Positions 31,298 to 41,053 of a DNA stretch of 64,000 bases are shown one piece after another. The notes under the pieces were generated by a model. That model worked only from the letters and a program-made list of their open reading frames with translations, searched no databases and was not told the origin of the DNA. Numbering within the stretch: the first letter of the stretch is position 1; each line of letters starts with the position of its first letter. The position numbers were made by a program, and so were the translations under genes. Source of the stretch: a virus (lineage: Duplodnaviria; Heunggongvirae; Uroviricota; Caudoviricetes); the IMG/VR virus record IMGVR_UViG_3300025838_000019, positions 38,640 through 102,639 of that record. One strand, written 5' to 3'.

Positions 31298-32622
31298 CAA
31301 AACAATTACAGTTTAGAAGATATGCAAACACGGCTCTAGCAAACCTAACAGGTTTGGAAGGTGAGCTGATGGTTGATTTAACAAACAAAACGTTAACTGT
31401 ACATGATGGTATAACATCAGGTGGTTCACGTTTGGCTACAGAATCGTTTGTTCAAGGATTAACTTCGACAAGTTCATATGGTAATTCGAATGTAGCTGGA
31501 TATCTTCCTGTGTATGGTGGCGTTATAAATGTAAGTACCATTCTTGTTGGTGGTAATACAACTGATACACCTAGAGTAACTTTTGCAAAAAATCAAGCAA
31601 TAACAGGGGACGTTTACGATCCCAATCTTTCAAATGTTAGTCTTATCACAGTCAGCGCAAATTCTTTGAATGACATTAATGGTTTCGAAGCACAAGAAGG
31701 TCCTTACGCTCAAGTACAAATTTATACCGATGGTAATATTTACTTTTATACAGCTACAAGTGGTAGTGCGCCATACTGGACAATGAACAAATATGGTGAA
31801 TTTGTTTTACCAAATTCTTCAAAAATAACAGACGTACCTGACGGCGCATACGCTAATGGTCTAATCATTACTGTTAATAGTAACCAAACAAAATTTGATA
31901 CCGGTGGTAGAACACATTTTCCAAATGATTTAGTTATCAATTATGGTGGTATCACATTCCCTGATACAACATATCAATATTCCGCATTTACCGGTTATGC
32001 GACAGATAATACCGCAAGAACATTATCACAGTCTGCATATAATCAAGCCAATGCCGCTTTCACACAAGCAAACAACTCTGGATCAGGAATAGCCAATGCG
32101 GCCTTTATACAAGCCAATGCGGCTTTTGCACAAGCAAACATATCAGTTGGTGTAGATTCAACACAAAATACCAATATTCAACTTGCATGGAATACCGCTA
32201 ATGCGGCTTTTGCACAAGCAAATACGGATGCATTGTTGAGTTATGCAAACATAATATTTACTCAAGCAAATGCGGCTTTTGTGGAAGCAAACATTGCAGC
32301 CACAATTATACCACAAAACGCACAATCAGCAAACTATGTATTAGCAAATACGGATGCAGGTAAACACCTATATTATACCAATGGTTCTGTGGTAAACTTA
32401 TATCTTCCTTGGACTTCTAATACCACTTTTGCAAATGGTACAACAATTACAATCATTTCACACACCTCATCAAACGTCTCAATAACACCAAATACTGGTG
32501 TGTCGATGTATCTTGCAGGCAATACAACAAGTGCATCACGAAATGTTACAACATATGGTATGGCAACATTGATTATGACAGCTGCAAATACCTGGTACAT
32601 CAACGGAACTGGAGTTGTCTAA
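31294..32622 (+). CDS. Fibre/adhesin protein with Mtd N-like domain and ANAAF repeats
   Basis: KQLQFRR...GLEGELMVDLTNKTLTVHDGITSGG; QANAAF repeats; C-terminal IPQNAQSANYVL..TDAGKH domain. Confidence 0.7.
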   Translation: MTKQLQFRRYANTALANLTGLEGELMVDLTNKTLTVHDGITSGGSRLATESFVQGLTSTSSYGNSNVAGYLPVYGGVINVSTILVGGNTTDTPRVTFAKNQAITGDVYDPNLSNVSLITVSANSLNDINGFEAQEGPYAQVQIYTDGNIYFYTATSGSAPYWTMNKYGEFVLPNSSKITDVPDGAYANGLIITVNSNQTKFDTGGRTHFPNDLVINYGGITFPDTTYQYSAFTGYATDNTARTLSQSAYNQANAAFTQANNSGSGIANAAFIQANAAFAQANISVGVDSTQNTNIQLAWNTANAAFAQANTDALLSYANIIFTQANAAFVEANIAATIIPQNAQSANYVLANTDAGKHLYYTNGSVVNLYLPWTSNTTFANGTTITIISHTSSNVSITPNTGVSMYLAGNTTSASRNVTTYGMATLIMTAANTWYINGTGVV

Positions 32623-33368
32623 TGTTGTCTGCAATGATGGTGATGAATAATAATTTGATTTCTTTAAGTACAAGTACATTAGTTACAGGAAACGTAGTAT
32701 ATTTACTTGATATGGCAAATTATGTATCAGGCAATACTTGGCCAGATACAAGCGGTAACGCAAGAAACTTTACATTCTATACAGGTAATGGCACAACTGT
32801 TCCATGGACTACGACTGCTAACGTAGTCAATTTAGGAACTAGCACAGCATATTTTCATGCAAACAATCAAAATTGGGCTAAAGCACCTAGTGCATTTATG
32901 AACGCTAGTGTGAGTTATACTAAAGGTGCCGTGATTCGAGGTAAGGGTACAACAGGTGCACCAATGGGTGCAGGATACTTACAGTGTTCCGCTGAGGCAA
33001 GAGATACTACTTGGTTTAACAACGGCCAAAATATTTTCTGTGCAGGTAATCACACATCTTCGGCCTACACCGATGTGTCACAAACCACCGGAACAGAAAG
33101 TGCTAATACTTGGTATTATGTTAGTGTGACATTTAATCCATCAAGTGGTTGGACATTATATGTAAACGGAAGTCCTGTTGGTAATAGTGCAACAACTGCG
33201 GTGGGACCATCAGCAACTACTCCGGTTATCGGTGCAACACAAACTATTCCAGGTTTCAACGGTGATATTGCAGCTGCACATGCATACAGTAGAGCTTTGT
33301 CTGCGGCTGAACATGCACAAAACGCCACATATTGGTTAACTAGATATAACGGATCAACGCCTACATAA
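32622..33368 (+). CDS. LamG/concanavalin-A-like lectin domain protein
   Basis: YLLD..NY.SGNTW.D.SGN, NTWYYVSVTF...WTLYVNG, FNGDIA....YSRALS..E..QN. Confidence 0.8.
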   Translation: MLSAMMVMNNNLISLSTSTLVTGNVVYLLDMANYVSGNTWPDTSGNARNFTFYTGNGTTVPWTTTANVVNLGTSTAYFHANNQNWAKAPSAFMNASVSYTKGAVIRGKGTTGAPMGAGYLQCSAEARDTTWFNNGQNIFCAGNHTSSAYTDVSQTTGTESANTWYYVSVTFNPSSGWTLYVNGSPVGNSATTAVGPSATTPVIGATQTIPGFNGDIAAAHAYSRALSAAEHAQNATYWLTRYNGSTPT

Positions 33369-33372
33369 TACT

Positions 33373-33795
33373 ATGAATACATTCGACAAAAATATGGAAC
33401 AACTTTTTGATGTATCTGCAACACCAGTAGTTCAAAAAGCAGAAAGACTACCTGTAATACCGGTAGATGACGAGCCTGACCTAAAACAGGACTTGACAGA
33501 TGCATATGAACAAACTAAATCTAACTTACAAGATTTGATTGACCAAGGTAAAGATGCTATGGAAGAAATCTTACAGATTGCCAAAGCAGGTCAACACCCA
33601 AGAGCATTTGAAGTATACGGAACACTATTGAAAAACGTGGTTGATGCAAACAAAGAATTACTAGCCGTGCAAAAACAAATGCGTGAAATGGATGGCAAGA
33701 AAAAAGAAGTCAACAATACGAATATTGATAAAGCGGTATTCATTGGCTCAACCGATGAACTTGCAAAGATGTTGAAGAATGAGTCTAAAAACTAA
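33373..33795 (+). CDS. gp16: Terminase small subunit gp16
   Basis: LIDQGKDAMEEIL, HPRAFEVYGTLLK, NIDKAVFIGSTDEL. Confidence 0.9.
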   Translation: MNTFDKNMEQLFDVSATPVVQKAERLPVIPVDDEPDLKQDLTDAYEQTKSNLQDLIDQGKDAMEEILQIAKAGQHPRAFEVYGTLLKNVVDANKELLAVQKQMREMDGKKKEVNNTNIDKAVFIGSTDELAKMLKNESKN

Positions 33796-35449
33796 TTATC
33801 GTGATAACCCTAAGCTCAAAAGAGCCGGGGTACCTATACAGTATTCTAAAGAACAAGTTGATGAGTACATAAGATGTGCTCGTGATCCTGTATACTTTGC
33901 TAGATATATCACCATTATCTCTTTGGATCAGGGTTACGTACCTTTTGAGATGTATGATTTTCAAGAGGACATGATTAATACATTTAAAGATAACCGTTTT
34001 GTTATCGTTAAGTGTCCTCGTCAGGTTGGTAAAACCACCACAGCTGTTGCATATCTCCTTTGGACTATTCTATTCAAAGATGCACAGAAGGTTGCTATTC
34101 TGGCTAACAAAGGTAAAACTTCACAAGATATTCTTGGTAAACTTCAGTTGGCATACGAAAACTTGCCTATCTGGTTGCAACAAGGTGTCATTGAATGGAA
34201 CAAACGTTCTGTTGAATTAGAAAACGGTTCAATCATTATTGCAGACTCAACATCAAGTTCTGCGGCTCGTTCTGGTGCATACAACATTGTGTTCTTGGAC
34301 GAATTTGCTTTCGTTCCTTCTAACATCGCATACGACTTTATCACTTCAGTTTATCCGGTTATTACATCTGGTACACAAACCAAGATTTTGATTGTGTCTA
34401 CACCGAACGGTATGAACCTGTTCTATAAGATGTGGATGGATGCGGTTGAGAAACGTAGTAACTATGTGCCGTTTGAGATTCACTGGTCACAAGTTCCTGG
34501 TCGTGATGAGGCTTGGAAAGAAGAAACAATCCGAAATACATCTGAACGTCAGTTTGAACAAGAGTTTAACACCACGTTCTTAGGTTCTACAAACACCTTG
34601 ATTTCTGGTATGAAACTGCAACAGATTTCATATAAGAATCCTATTGCAGAACATGATCTACTCAGAATCTACGAACAACCAATCAAAGAAGACGGTGAAA
34701 CACAAGTCAAAGACCACCTGTATGCAATCACAGTTGACGTTTCTGAAGGAAAAGGACTGGACTGTTCAGCCTTCTCTGTCTTTGATATTTCTACTCTACC
34801 ATACAAACAGGTTGCATCCTATAAGTCATCATCTGTTTCTCCAATTCTATTCCCAACCATAATTTACAATGCGGCTAAATACTACAACGATGCATATGTA
34901 TTGGTTGAAATCAATAACACACCACAGATTGCAGATACTCTACACGCAGAACTAGAGTACGAAAATCTATGGAAAGTTTTCACAGGTAATAAAAAGCCGC
35001 AGCAACTATCTGCTGGCTTTGCAAGAGGTATTCAGTTAGGCGTCAAAATGTCACCGCAGGTGAAACGCATTGGATGTTCTAACTTGAAAACATTGGTTGA
35101 AGGTGACAAACTCATCATTAATGACTTTGATACTTATTCAGAGTTGACAACATTTGTAGCCAAAAAGAACTCTTTTGCTGCTGAAGAAGAAGCAACTGAT
35201 GACTTGGCTATGTGTTTGGTTATGTTTGCTTGGGTAACTACCCAAAAATATTTTAAAGAAATCGTAAACCATGATCTGAGAAAACAGGTCCAATTGGAAA
35301 GTATCAACCAAGTTGATGAAATTACTCCCCCAGCACCGGTTGTGGACAACGGAATGGATCATCCTTTCGAAGTTATGGGTGGTGATGTATGGGAAAAAGC
35401 TGATTCCAACGCACCTTATGCAGAGTGGTTCAAAGAAATGATGAGATAA
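33779..35449 (+). CDS. gp17: Terminase large subunit gp17
   Basis: Walker A PRQVGKTT, Walker B IVFLDEFAF, STPNG, nuclease motifs TVDVSEG and DDLAM; no intein. Confidence 0.97.
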   Translation: MSLKTNYRDNPKLKRAGVPIQYSKEQVDEYIRCARDPVYFARYITIISLDQGYVPFEMYDFQEDMINTFKDNRFVIVKCPRQVGKTTTAVAYLLWTILFKDAQKVAILANKGKTSQDILGKLQLAYENLPIWLQQGVIEWNKRSVELENGSIIIADSTSSSAARSGAYNIVFLDEFAFVPSNIAYDFITSVYPVITSGTQTKILIVSTPNGMNLFYKMWMDAVEKRSNYVPFEIHWSQVPGRDEAWKEETIRNTSERQFEQEFNTTFLGSTNTLISGMKLQQISYKNPIAEHDLLRIYEQPIKEDGETQVKDHLYAITVDVSEGKGLDCSAFSVFDISTLPYKQVASYKSSSVSPILFPTIIYNAAKYYNDAYVLVEINNTPQIADTLHAELEYENLWKVFTGNKKPQQLSAGFARGIQLGVKMSPQVKRIGCSNLKTLVEGDKLIINDFDTYSELTTFVAKKNSFAAEEEATDDLAMCLVMFAWVTTQKYFKEIVNHDLRKQVQLESINQVDEITPPAPVVDNGMDHPFEVMGGDVWEKADSNAPYAEWFKEMMR

Positions 35450-35522
35450 TTCTAAATCCATCGTTTGATAAATAGTTTTATGGTATTTGCTACCTAAAAA
35501 CATAATAATCAAGGAGAAAAAA

Positions 35523-37262
35523 ATGGCATTTCAACTCTCTCCAGGAGTAAATGTAACTGAAGTTGACTTAACAACGATTGTTCCTTCAGTTTCAACTACT
35601 GCTGGTGCCTTTGCGACATACACACCTTGGGGCCCAGCGCAAAAAATCATCACCGTAACAGACGAAAACTACTTAGTAAACAACTTTGCACCACAAGGTC
35701 CTGACGCAAACTCTGCAACAGGCTTCTTTACTGCAACAAGTTTCTTGTCTTATGGTAATAATTTGCAATTTGTACGTTCTGTTGGTGCAAACGCACACAA
35801 CGCATCTGCAAACTCCCAAGCTGTAGTAACAAACAGTAACAAAGATACTTTCCAAGCAAACAACTATATTGCAAACGGCAACTCCAACTTGTTTGGTGCT
35901 TTCATTGCAAAATATCCAGGTGCTTTGGGTAACTCATTGCAAGTTGATACATTCGACTCAGCTAACTCACAATTGTTCTCAATTTCAACATTCACTTCCG
36001 GTGGCGTAACTCGCAACTGGAGTTCTATCGTTAACTCTGTTCCAGGCACTTCTACATACGTAGCAAACGCTGGCGGTGCAAACGATGAGTTCCACATTGT
36101 AGTTACAGACGCTGGTGGTTTGTTCACTGGTACAAAAGGTACTGTGTTGGAAACTTTTTCATGGGTGTCTAAAGCTGTCGATGCAGAAATTAACAACAAC
36201 ACAAACTATTGGAAACAAGTATTGTTTAACCAATCACAATACGTTTTTGGTGTTGATGCAGTAGACTATGCAGATTGCGCTTCAACATGGGGCAAAATTG
36301 CTGCTAACACAACATTTGCAAGAACTGCAACAGCTAACACTTCTACACCACTTTCTGGTGGTACTGACGATGTTGGTTCAGATTCTAACCTACAAACATC
36401 ATATTCTCTATTCGCAAATAAAGAATCAATTGATATTTCGTTGGTTTTGACTGGTGCAGCTGACACACAATTACAACAATACATTATTGACAACCTAGTT
36501 TCAACTCGTCTAGATTGCGTGGCGTTCATTTCTCCACCACAATCTTCTGTTGTTAACCAATCTGGTTCAGAAGCAGCTAACATCACAACATGGTTGGGTA
36601 GTTTGGCACGTTCTTCTACATACGTTGTTGCCGACTCTGGTTGGAAATATATGTACGACAAGTACAATCAAACATACCGTTGGATTCCATTGAACGGTGA
36701 CGTTGCAGGTCTATGTGTATACACAGACTCAGTACGTGACCCATGGTACTCTCCAGCAGGTTTCAACCGTGGTGCAGTTAAGAACGTTGTTCGTTTGGCA
36801 TGGAACCCATCCAAAACATATCGTGACCAATTGTATGCACAAGGCGTTAACCCAGTTGTTTCTTTCCCTGGCCAGGGTACCATACTATTCGGTGACAAAA
36901 CCTTGACAGTTAAACCATCTGCATTTGACCACATCAACGTTCGCAGATTGTTTATTGTTCTAGAAAAAACAATTGCTAAAGCTTCACAATATTCATTGTT
37001 TGAATTTAACGATTCATTTACACAAGCACAGTTTGTTTCTCTTGTAACTCCGTTCTTGCGTGACGTTCAAGGTCGCCGTGGTATCACAAGCTTCAAAGTT
37101 GTTTGCGATTCAACAAACAATACTCCTGCGGTTGTAAATGCAAACCAATTTGTTGGTGACATTTACATTCAGCCAGCACGTTCAACAAATTACATTCAAT
37201 TGAACTTTGTCGCAGTTGGAACTGGAGTTGACTTCAATACAATCGTTGGAACAACTCAATAA
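35523..37262 (+). CDS. gp18: Tail sheath protein gp18
   Basis: Start MAFQLSPGVNVTEVDLT after an aaggag SD; WYSPAGFNRG, RRLF, DVQGRRGI. Confidence 0.97.
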   Translation: MAFQLSPGVNVTEVDLTTIVPSVSTTAGAFATYTPWGPAQKIITVTDENYLVNNFAPQGPDANSATGFFTATSFLSYGNNLQFVRSVGANAHNASANSQAVVTNSNKDTFQANNYIANGNSNLFGAFIAKYPGALGNSLQVDTFDSANSQLFSISTFTSGGVTRNWSSIVNSVPGTSTYVANAGGANDEFHIVVTDAGGLFTGTKGTVLETFSWVSKAVDAEINNNTNYWKQVLFNQSQYVFGVDAVDYADCASTWGKIAANTTFARTATANTSTPLSGGTDDVGSDSNLQTSYSLFANKESIDISLVLTGAADTQLQQYIIDNLVSTRLDCVAFISPPQSSVVNQSGSEAANITTWLGSLARSSTYVVADSGWKYMYDKYNQTYRWIPLNGDVAGLCVYTDSVRDPWYSPAGFNRGAVKNVVRLAWNPSKTYRDQLYAQGVNPVVSFPGQGTILFGDKTLTVKPSAFDHINVRRLFIVLEKTIAKASQYSLFEFNDSFTQAQFVSLVTPFLRDVQGRRGITSFKVVCDSTNNTPAVVNANQFVGDIYIQPARSTNYIQLNFVAVGTGVDFNTIVGTTQ

Positions 37263-37284
37263 ATAATACGACAAGGAGAAAAAA

Positions 37285-37827
37285 ATGGCTTTTACAATCT
37301 CTGATTTCAGATCAAACTTGGTAGGGGACGGCGCACGTCCTAACCTGTTTTCTGTAACATTAGTATTTCCAACAATTGCAACAAATGGTAACGCAGCCGG
37401 TCAGAAAACTACTTTCATGGCTAAAGCTGCACAACTACCAGGTTCTACTATCGGCCAAGTACCATTGTACTACTTTGGCCGCGAAATCAAATTTGCAGGT
37501 AACAGAACTTTCACAGACTGGACATTGCAAATCATTAACGATGAAGATTTCATTGTTCGTAATGCCCTAGAGTCTTGGATGAACTCTATAAATAGTAATG
37601 AAGGTAACGTTCGCTCAGGCGCTGCGTTGAATCCTTCTAACTATGCAGTAGATGCTATCGTTACACAATACGGCAAAACTGGTAATGTATTGAAATCTTA
37701 CACATTTGTTGGCTTGTTCCCAGTAGATGTTGCACCAATTGATTTGGATTGGGGTTCTAACGATGCTATCGAAGAATATTCCACAACATTTGCTTTCCAA
37801 TACTGGACTTCAAATACTACAACTTGA
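37285..37827 (+). CDS. gp19: Tail tube protein gp19
   Basis: GARPNLFSV, YFGREIKFAGNRTFTDWT, LFPVDVAPIDLDW. Confidence 0.96.
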   Translation: MAFTISDFRSNLVGDGARPNLFSVTLVFPTIATNGNAAGQKTTFMAKAAQLPGSTIGQVPLYYFGREIKFAGNRTFTDWTLQIINDEDFIVRNALESWMNSINSNEGNVRSGAALNPSNYAVDAIVTQYGKTGNVLKSYTFVGLFPVDVAPIDLDWGSNDAIEEYSTTFAFQYWTSNTTT

Positions 37828-37883
37828 TATTTTTATGGGGGACTTGTTCCCCCTATGCGTTTTTGAATTGAAATAGGACTAAT

Positions 37884-39539
37884 ATGGCATCACAATTTAA
37901 TAAATTTTCTTTGTTTGGTTTTACAATCTCTCGTGAGAAAAACGAGGGTGATGGTAAAATAGAACAATCTTTTAGCCCACCGTCTAATGATGACGGTGCG
38001 CTTACCATTACGTCTGCCGCTTATTATGGTACCTATGTTGACTTAGACGGTACAGCTAAAAACGAAGTCGAGTTGATTTCTCGATACCGTGAAATGGCAA
38101 TGCAGCCAGAAATCGAATCTGCAATCGATGATATTATCAACGAAGCAATCTGCCATGACGATGACGGTAAATCAATTCAAATTGTTCTGGATGATCTAAA
38201 CGTTCCAGACAAAATTAAGAAGGCTATCAAAGGCGAGTTTCAAACAATTTTGAAATTGCTGAACTACGGTAATATGGCACAAGATGTTTTCCGTAGATTC
38301 TACGTTGACGGAAGACTTTACTACCACATCATCATTAACCGTGATGACCCAACACAAGGTATTAGAGAGTTACGTTATATTGATCCACGCAAACTACGTA
38401 AAGTACGTGAAGTTAAAAAGAAAAAAGACGAACGTACCGGCGTAGATATCATGAATGTTATCAATGAATACTACATTTTCAATGACAAGGTTACTACTGG
38501 TTCTTCTAGTAGTTTTGGTCCTGTTGGGGTCCGTATTACGACTGATTCTATTATTTCTGTCGTTAGTGGTCTTATGGATTCTCGTAGAGCTGTGGTTCTA
38601 TCATATCTGCATAAAGCTATTAAACCGTTAAACCAGTTGCGTATGATTGAAGATGCGACAGTTATCTATCGTATCTCTCGTGCGCCAGAACGCCGTATTT
38701 TCTACATTGACGTTGGTAACTTACCAAAATTAAAAGCAGAACAATACCTACGTGACATTATGGTTAAGTACAAGAACAAACTTGTATATGATGCTAACAC
38801 AGGTGAAGTACGTGATGACCGTAAATTCATGTCCATGATGGAAGACTTCTGGTTGCCACGTAGAGAAGGCGGTAAAGGTACAGAAATTACCACACTACCT
38901 GGAGGACAGAACCTGGGTGAGCTGGAAGACGTTAAGTACTTTGAGAAGAAACTGTATAAAGCATTAAACGTTCCTGTCTCCAGATTGAATCCTGAGAACT
39001 CTGGTTTCTCTATGGGTCGTGTATCAGAAATTACTCGTGACGAATTGAAGTTCACTAAGTTTGTGGACCGTCTACGTACTAAGTTCTCTGACTTGTTTGA
39101 TAGAGCTCTAAAGACACAATGTGTGTTGAAAGGCATCTGTACAGCAGAAGAATGGGATGAGTTCAAAGAACACATTCACTACGACTTTATTAAAGACAAC
39201 AATTTTGCAGAATTAAAAGATGCAGAATTAATGAAAGAACGTTTGTCTTTGTTGGGTGCGGTTGACCCTTATGTTGGTCGTTATTACTCACAAGCTTGGA
39301 TTCAACGTCATGTTCTACGTATGAACGATGATGACATTTCAGCAATGACTTCTGAAATGGAAGAAGAAAAAGCTTTGGGTATTGGTTTGCCAGTTGGTGT
39401 TTCCAATGCGGCAATGCAACAACAAATGGTTGGCGATATTCAAACACAACAACAAATGCAACAAAATCAAGCCGATGATGATGAACAAGTGAAAGAGTCG
39501 TCACCAGGTATCATAAGTAGAATCAGACAGGTTCTATAA
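37884..39539 (+). CDS. gp20: Portal protein gp20
   Basis: LSYLHKAIKPLNQLRMIEDATVIYRISRAPERRIFYIDVGNLPK; EDFWLPRREGGKGTEITTLPGG. Confidence 0.98.
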   Translation: MASQFNKFSLFGFTISREKNEGDGKIEQSFSPPSNDDGALTITSAAYYGTYVDLDGTAKNEVELISRYREMAMQPEIESAIDDIINEAICHDDDGKSIQIVLDDLNVPDKIKKAIKGEFQTILKLLNYGNMAQDVFRRFYVDGRLYYHIIINRDDPTQGIRELRYIDPRKLRKVREVKKKKDERTGVDIMNVINEYYIFNDKVTTGSSSSFGPVGVRITTDSIISVVSGLMDSRRAVVLSYLHKAIKPLNQLRMIEDATVIYRISRAPERRIFYIDVGNLPKLKAEQYLRDIMVKYKNKLVYDANTGEVRDDRKFMSMMEDFWLPRREGGKGTEITTLPGGQNLGELEDVKYFEKKLYKALNVPVSRLNPENSGFSMGRVSEITRDELKFTKFVDRLRTKFSDLFDRALKTQCVLKGICTAEEWDEFKEHIHYDFIKDNNFAELKDAELMKERLSLLGAVDPYVGRYYSQAWIQRHVLRMNDDDISAMTSEMEEEKALGIGLPVGVSNAAMQQQMVGDIQTQQQMQQNQADDDEQVKESSPGIISRIRQVL

Positions 39540-39561
39540 ATATTTTAATTTGGAGAACAAA

Positions 39562-39759
39562 ATGACAGACTTAACAAGACAAATTATTGACTACTCAGCA
39601 AGAGACGAAGGTGCTGGAGCTCGTGAAGCTTTCTATGCAGCTTTGCATGACAGAGTTATGAATCACATCGAATCACAAAAACAAGTGATTGCAAAAACAT
39701 TGATTCAGCCTGAAGAAGAAGTTGTTACTGCTGAACCAGAAACCACATCAGCGGAATAA
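39562..39759 (+). CDS. Small prohead-core-like protein (gp67 position)
   Basis: ggag SD then ATG at 39562; acidic C-terminus; TATAAATA at 39535-39542. Confidence 0.55.
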   Translation: MTDLTRQIIDYSARDEGAGAREAFYAALHDRVMNHIESQKQVIAKTLIQPEEEVVTAEPETTSAE

Positions 39760-39771
39760 ATAGGATAAAAA

Positions 39772-40347
39772 ATGGCCAATAAATACACATATCAAGTATT
39801 GAGAGATACACAAACAGATGCTGTTATTAAATTAACTGGCACGTTTGATGGTTCTTCTCAAGAAGCAAACAGTTCTCGTATCCAAGCAAATTCATTAACA
39901 AATGCTTTGGCTACTAACGGTTATTTGGTTGCTAACTCACAAGGCGGTGCAGCTAACACAGCGTTATCTTATTATGATTTGCAAATTACTGGCGTTAAAG
40001 CTTTTGTTAACTTTACAACAACTGGTACAGGTTCTGTTGAAATGTTCTGGTCTGGTGCAGGGTCAAACTATGCTCAACAGTATGCGAACGCTGCAACCAT
40101 TTTCCACTTTAACAGCAACTCAGATTACGGTAACGGTGAACAAGTTCCATCTATTCTGAACAACTCAGGATTGGGTGTTTCATCTAACGCAGGCGTTGGT
40201 GACATTGGTGTTGCAACATCTGGTGCCGTTGCTAACTCTGCATACACATTGATTATCTCTTTGCGTAAGAATAACCAAATGTATAACCGTGGTCAATTGA
40301 ACGATCCAGCAGCGTTCAACTACGGCTCATATGCATTGAAACCATAA
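39772..40347 (+). CDS. Hypothetical head-module protein
   Basis: Syntenic between portal and prohead protease; strong codon bias. Confidence 0.55.
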   Translation: MANKYTYQVLRDTQTDAVIKLTGTFDGSSQEANSSRIQANSLTNALATNGYLVANSQGGAANTALSYYDLQITGVKAFVNFTTTGTGSVEMFWSGAGSNYAQQYANAATIFHFNSNSDYGNGEQVPSILNNSGLGVSSNAGVGDIGVATSGAVANSAYTLIISLRKNNQMYNRGQLNDPAAFNYGSYALKP

Positions 40348-40368
40348 TAAAAGAAAGGCAATGAGAAA

Positions 40369-41013
40369 ATGAAACTCATTAAAGAAGTCGTTGAAGACGT
40401 AAAATATTTGGTCGAAGAAAAAGACGGCAAAAAATCTTTGTATATCGAGGGTCCTTTTCTCGTGGCCGAAGCCGTTAATCGTAACGGTCGTAAGTATCTA
40501 CGTGAAACAATGGAAAAAGAAGTACAACGTTACACACAAGAATACATTAATAAAAATCGTGCTTTCGGTGAACTGGGACACCCAGACACTCCAACACTTA
40601 ACCTAGACCGTGTATCACATTTAAATGTGTCACTTCGTCAAGAAGGTAACGTTTGGGTCGGTAAAGCAAAAATTCTTGAAACTCCAATGGGTAACATTGC
40701 AAGAAACCTAATCGAAGGTGGCGGCCAACTTGGTGTGTCTTCTCGTGGTATGGGTTCTCTAAAAGCAATCAACGGTGTTAACATTGTTCAAGATGACTTT
40801 CATCTAGCCACAGCGGCAGATATCGTAGCAGACCCTTCTGCGCCTGGTGCTTTTGTACAGGGAATTATGGAAGGAAAAGAATGGATGTTGGTAGACGGCA
40901 TTTGGACAGAAATGAATTTGGATCAAGCAAAGAAACAAATTCGTGAAGCATCACAAAAAGACATTGATGCTGTCAGTCTAATGATATTCGAAAACTTCCT
41001 GAAAAAACTTTAA
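40369..41013 (+). CDS. gp21: Prohead protease gp21
   Basis: LYIEGPFL, NRNGRKY, AFGELGHP, LGVSSRGMGSL, DIVADPSAPGAFV. Confidence 0.97.
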   Translation: MKLIKEVVEDVKYLVEEKDGKKSLYIEGPFLVAEAVNRNGRKYLRETMEKEVQRYTQEYINKNRAFGELGHPDTPTLNLDRVSHLNVSLRQEGNVWVGKAKILETPMGNIARNLIEGGGQLGVSSRGMGSLKAINGVNIVQDDFHLATAADIVADPSAPGAFVQGIMEGKEWMLVDGIWTEMNLDQAKKQIREASQKDIDAVSLMIFENFLKKL

Positions 41014-41053
41014 ATATAAATATCCAATATAGAAAACAAGGAGATTTTCAAAA

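Noticed and set aside
22215-33368. Diversity-generating retroelement, suggested by two Mtd-N-like domains and a lectin
   Set aside because: No reverse transcriptase, and no template/variable repeat pair differing at adenines was seen in the window; Mtd-N alone is only a structural anchor domain.
37837-37853. GGGGGA/TCCCCC hairpin after gp19 as a terminator
   Set aside because: No U tract directly follows on either strand; it is more likely a stability or processing hairpin.
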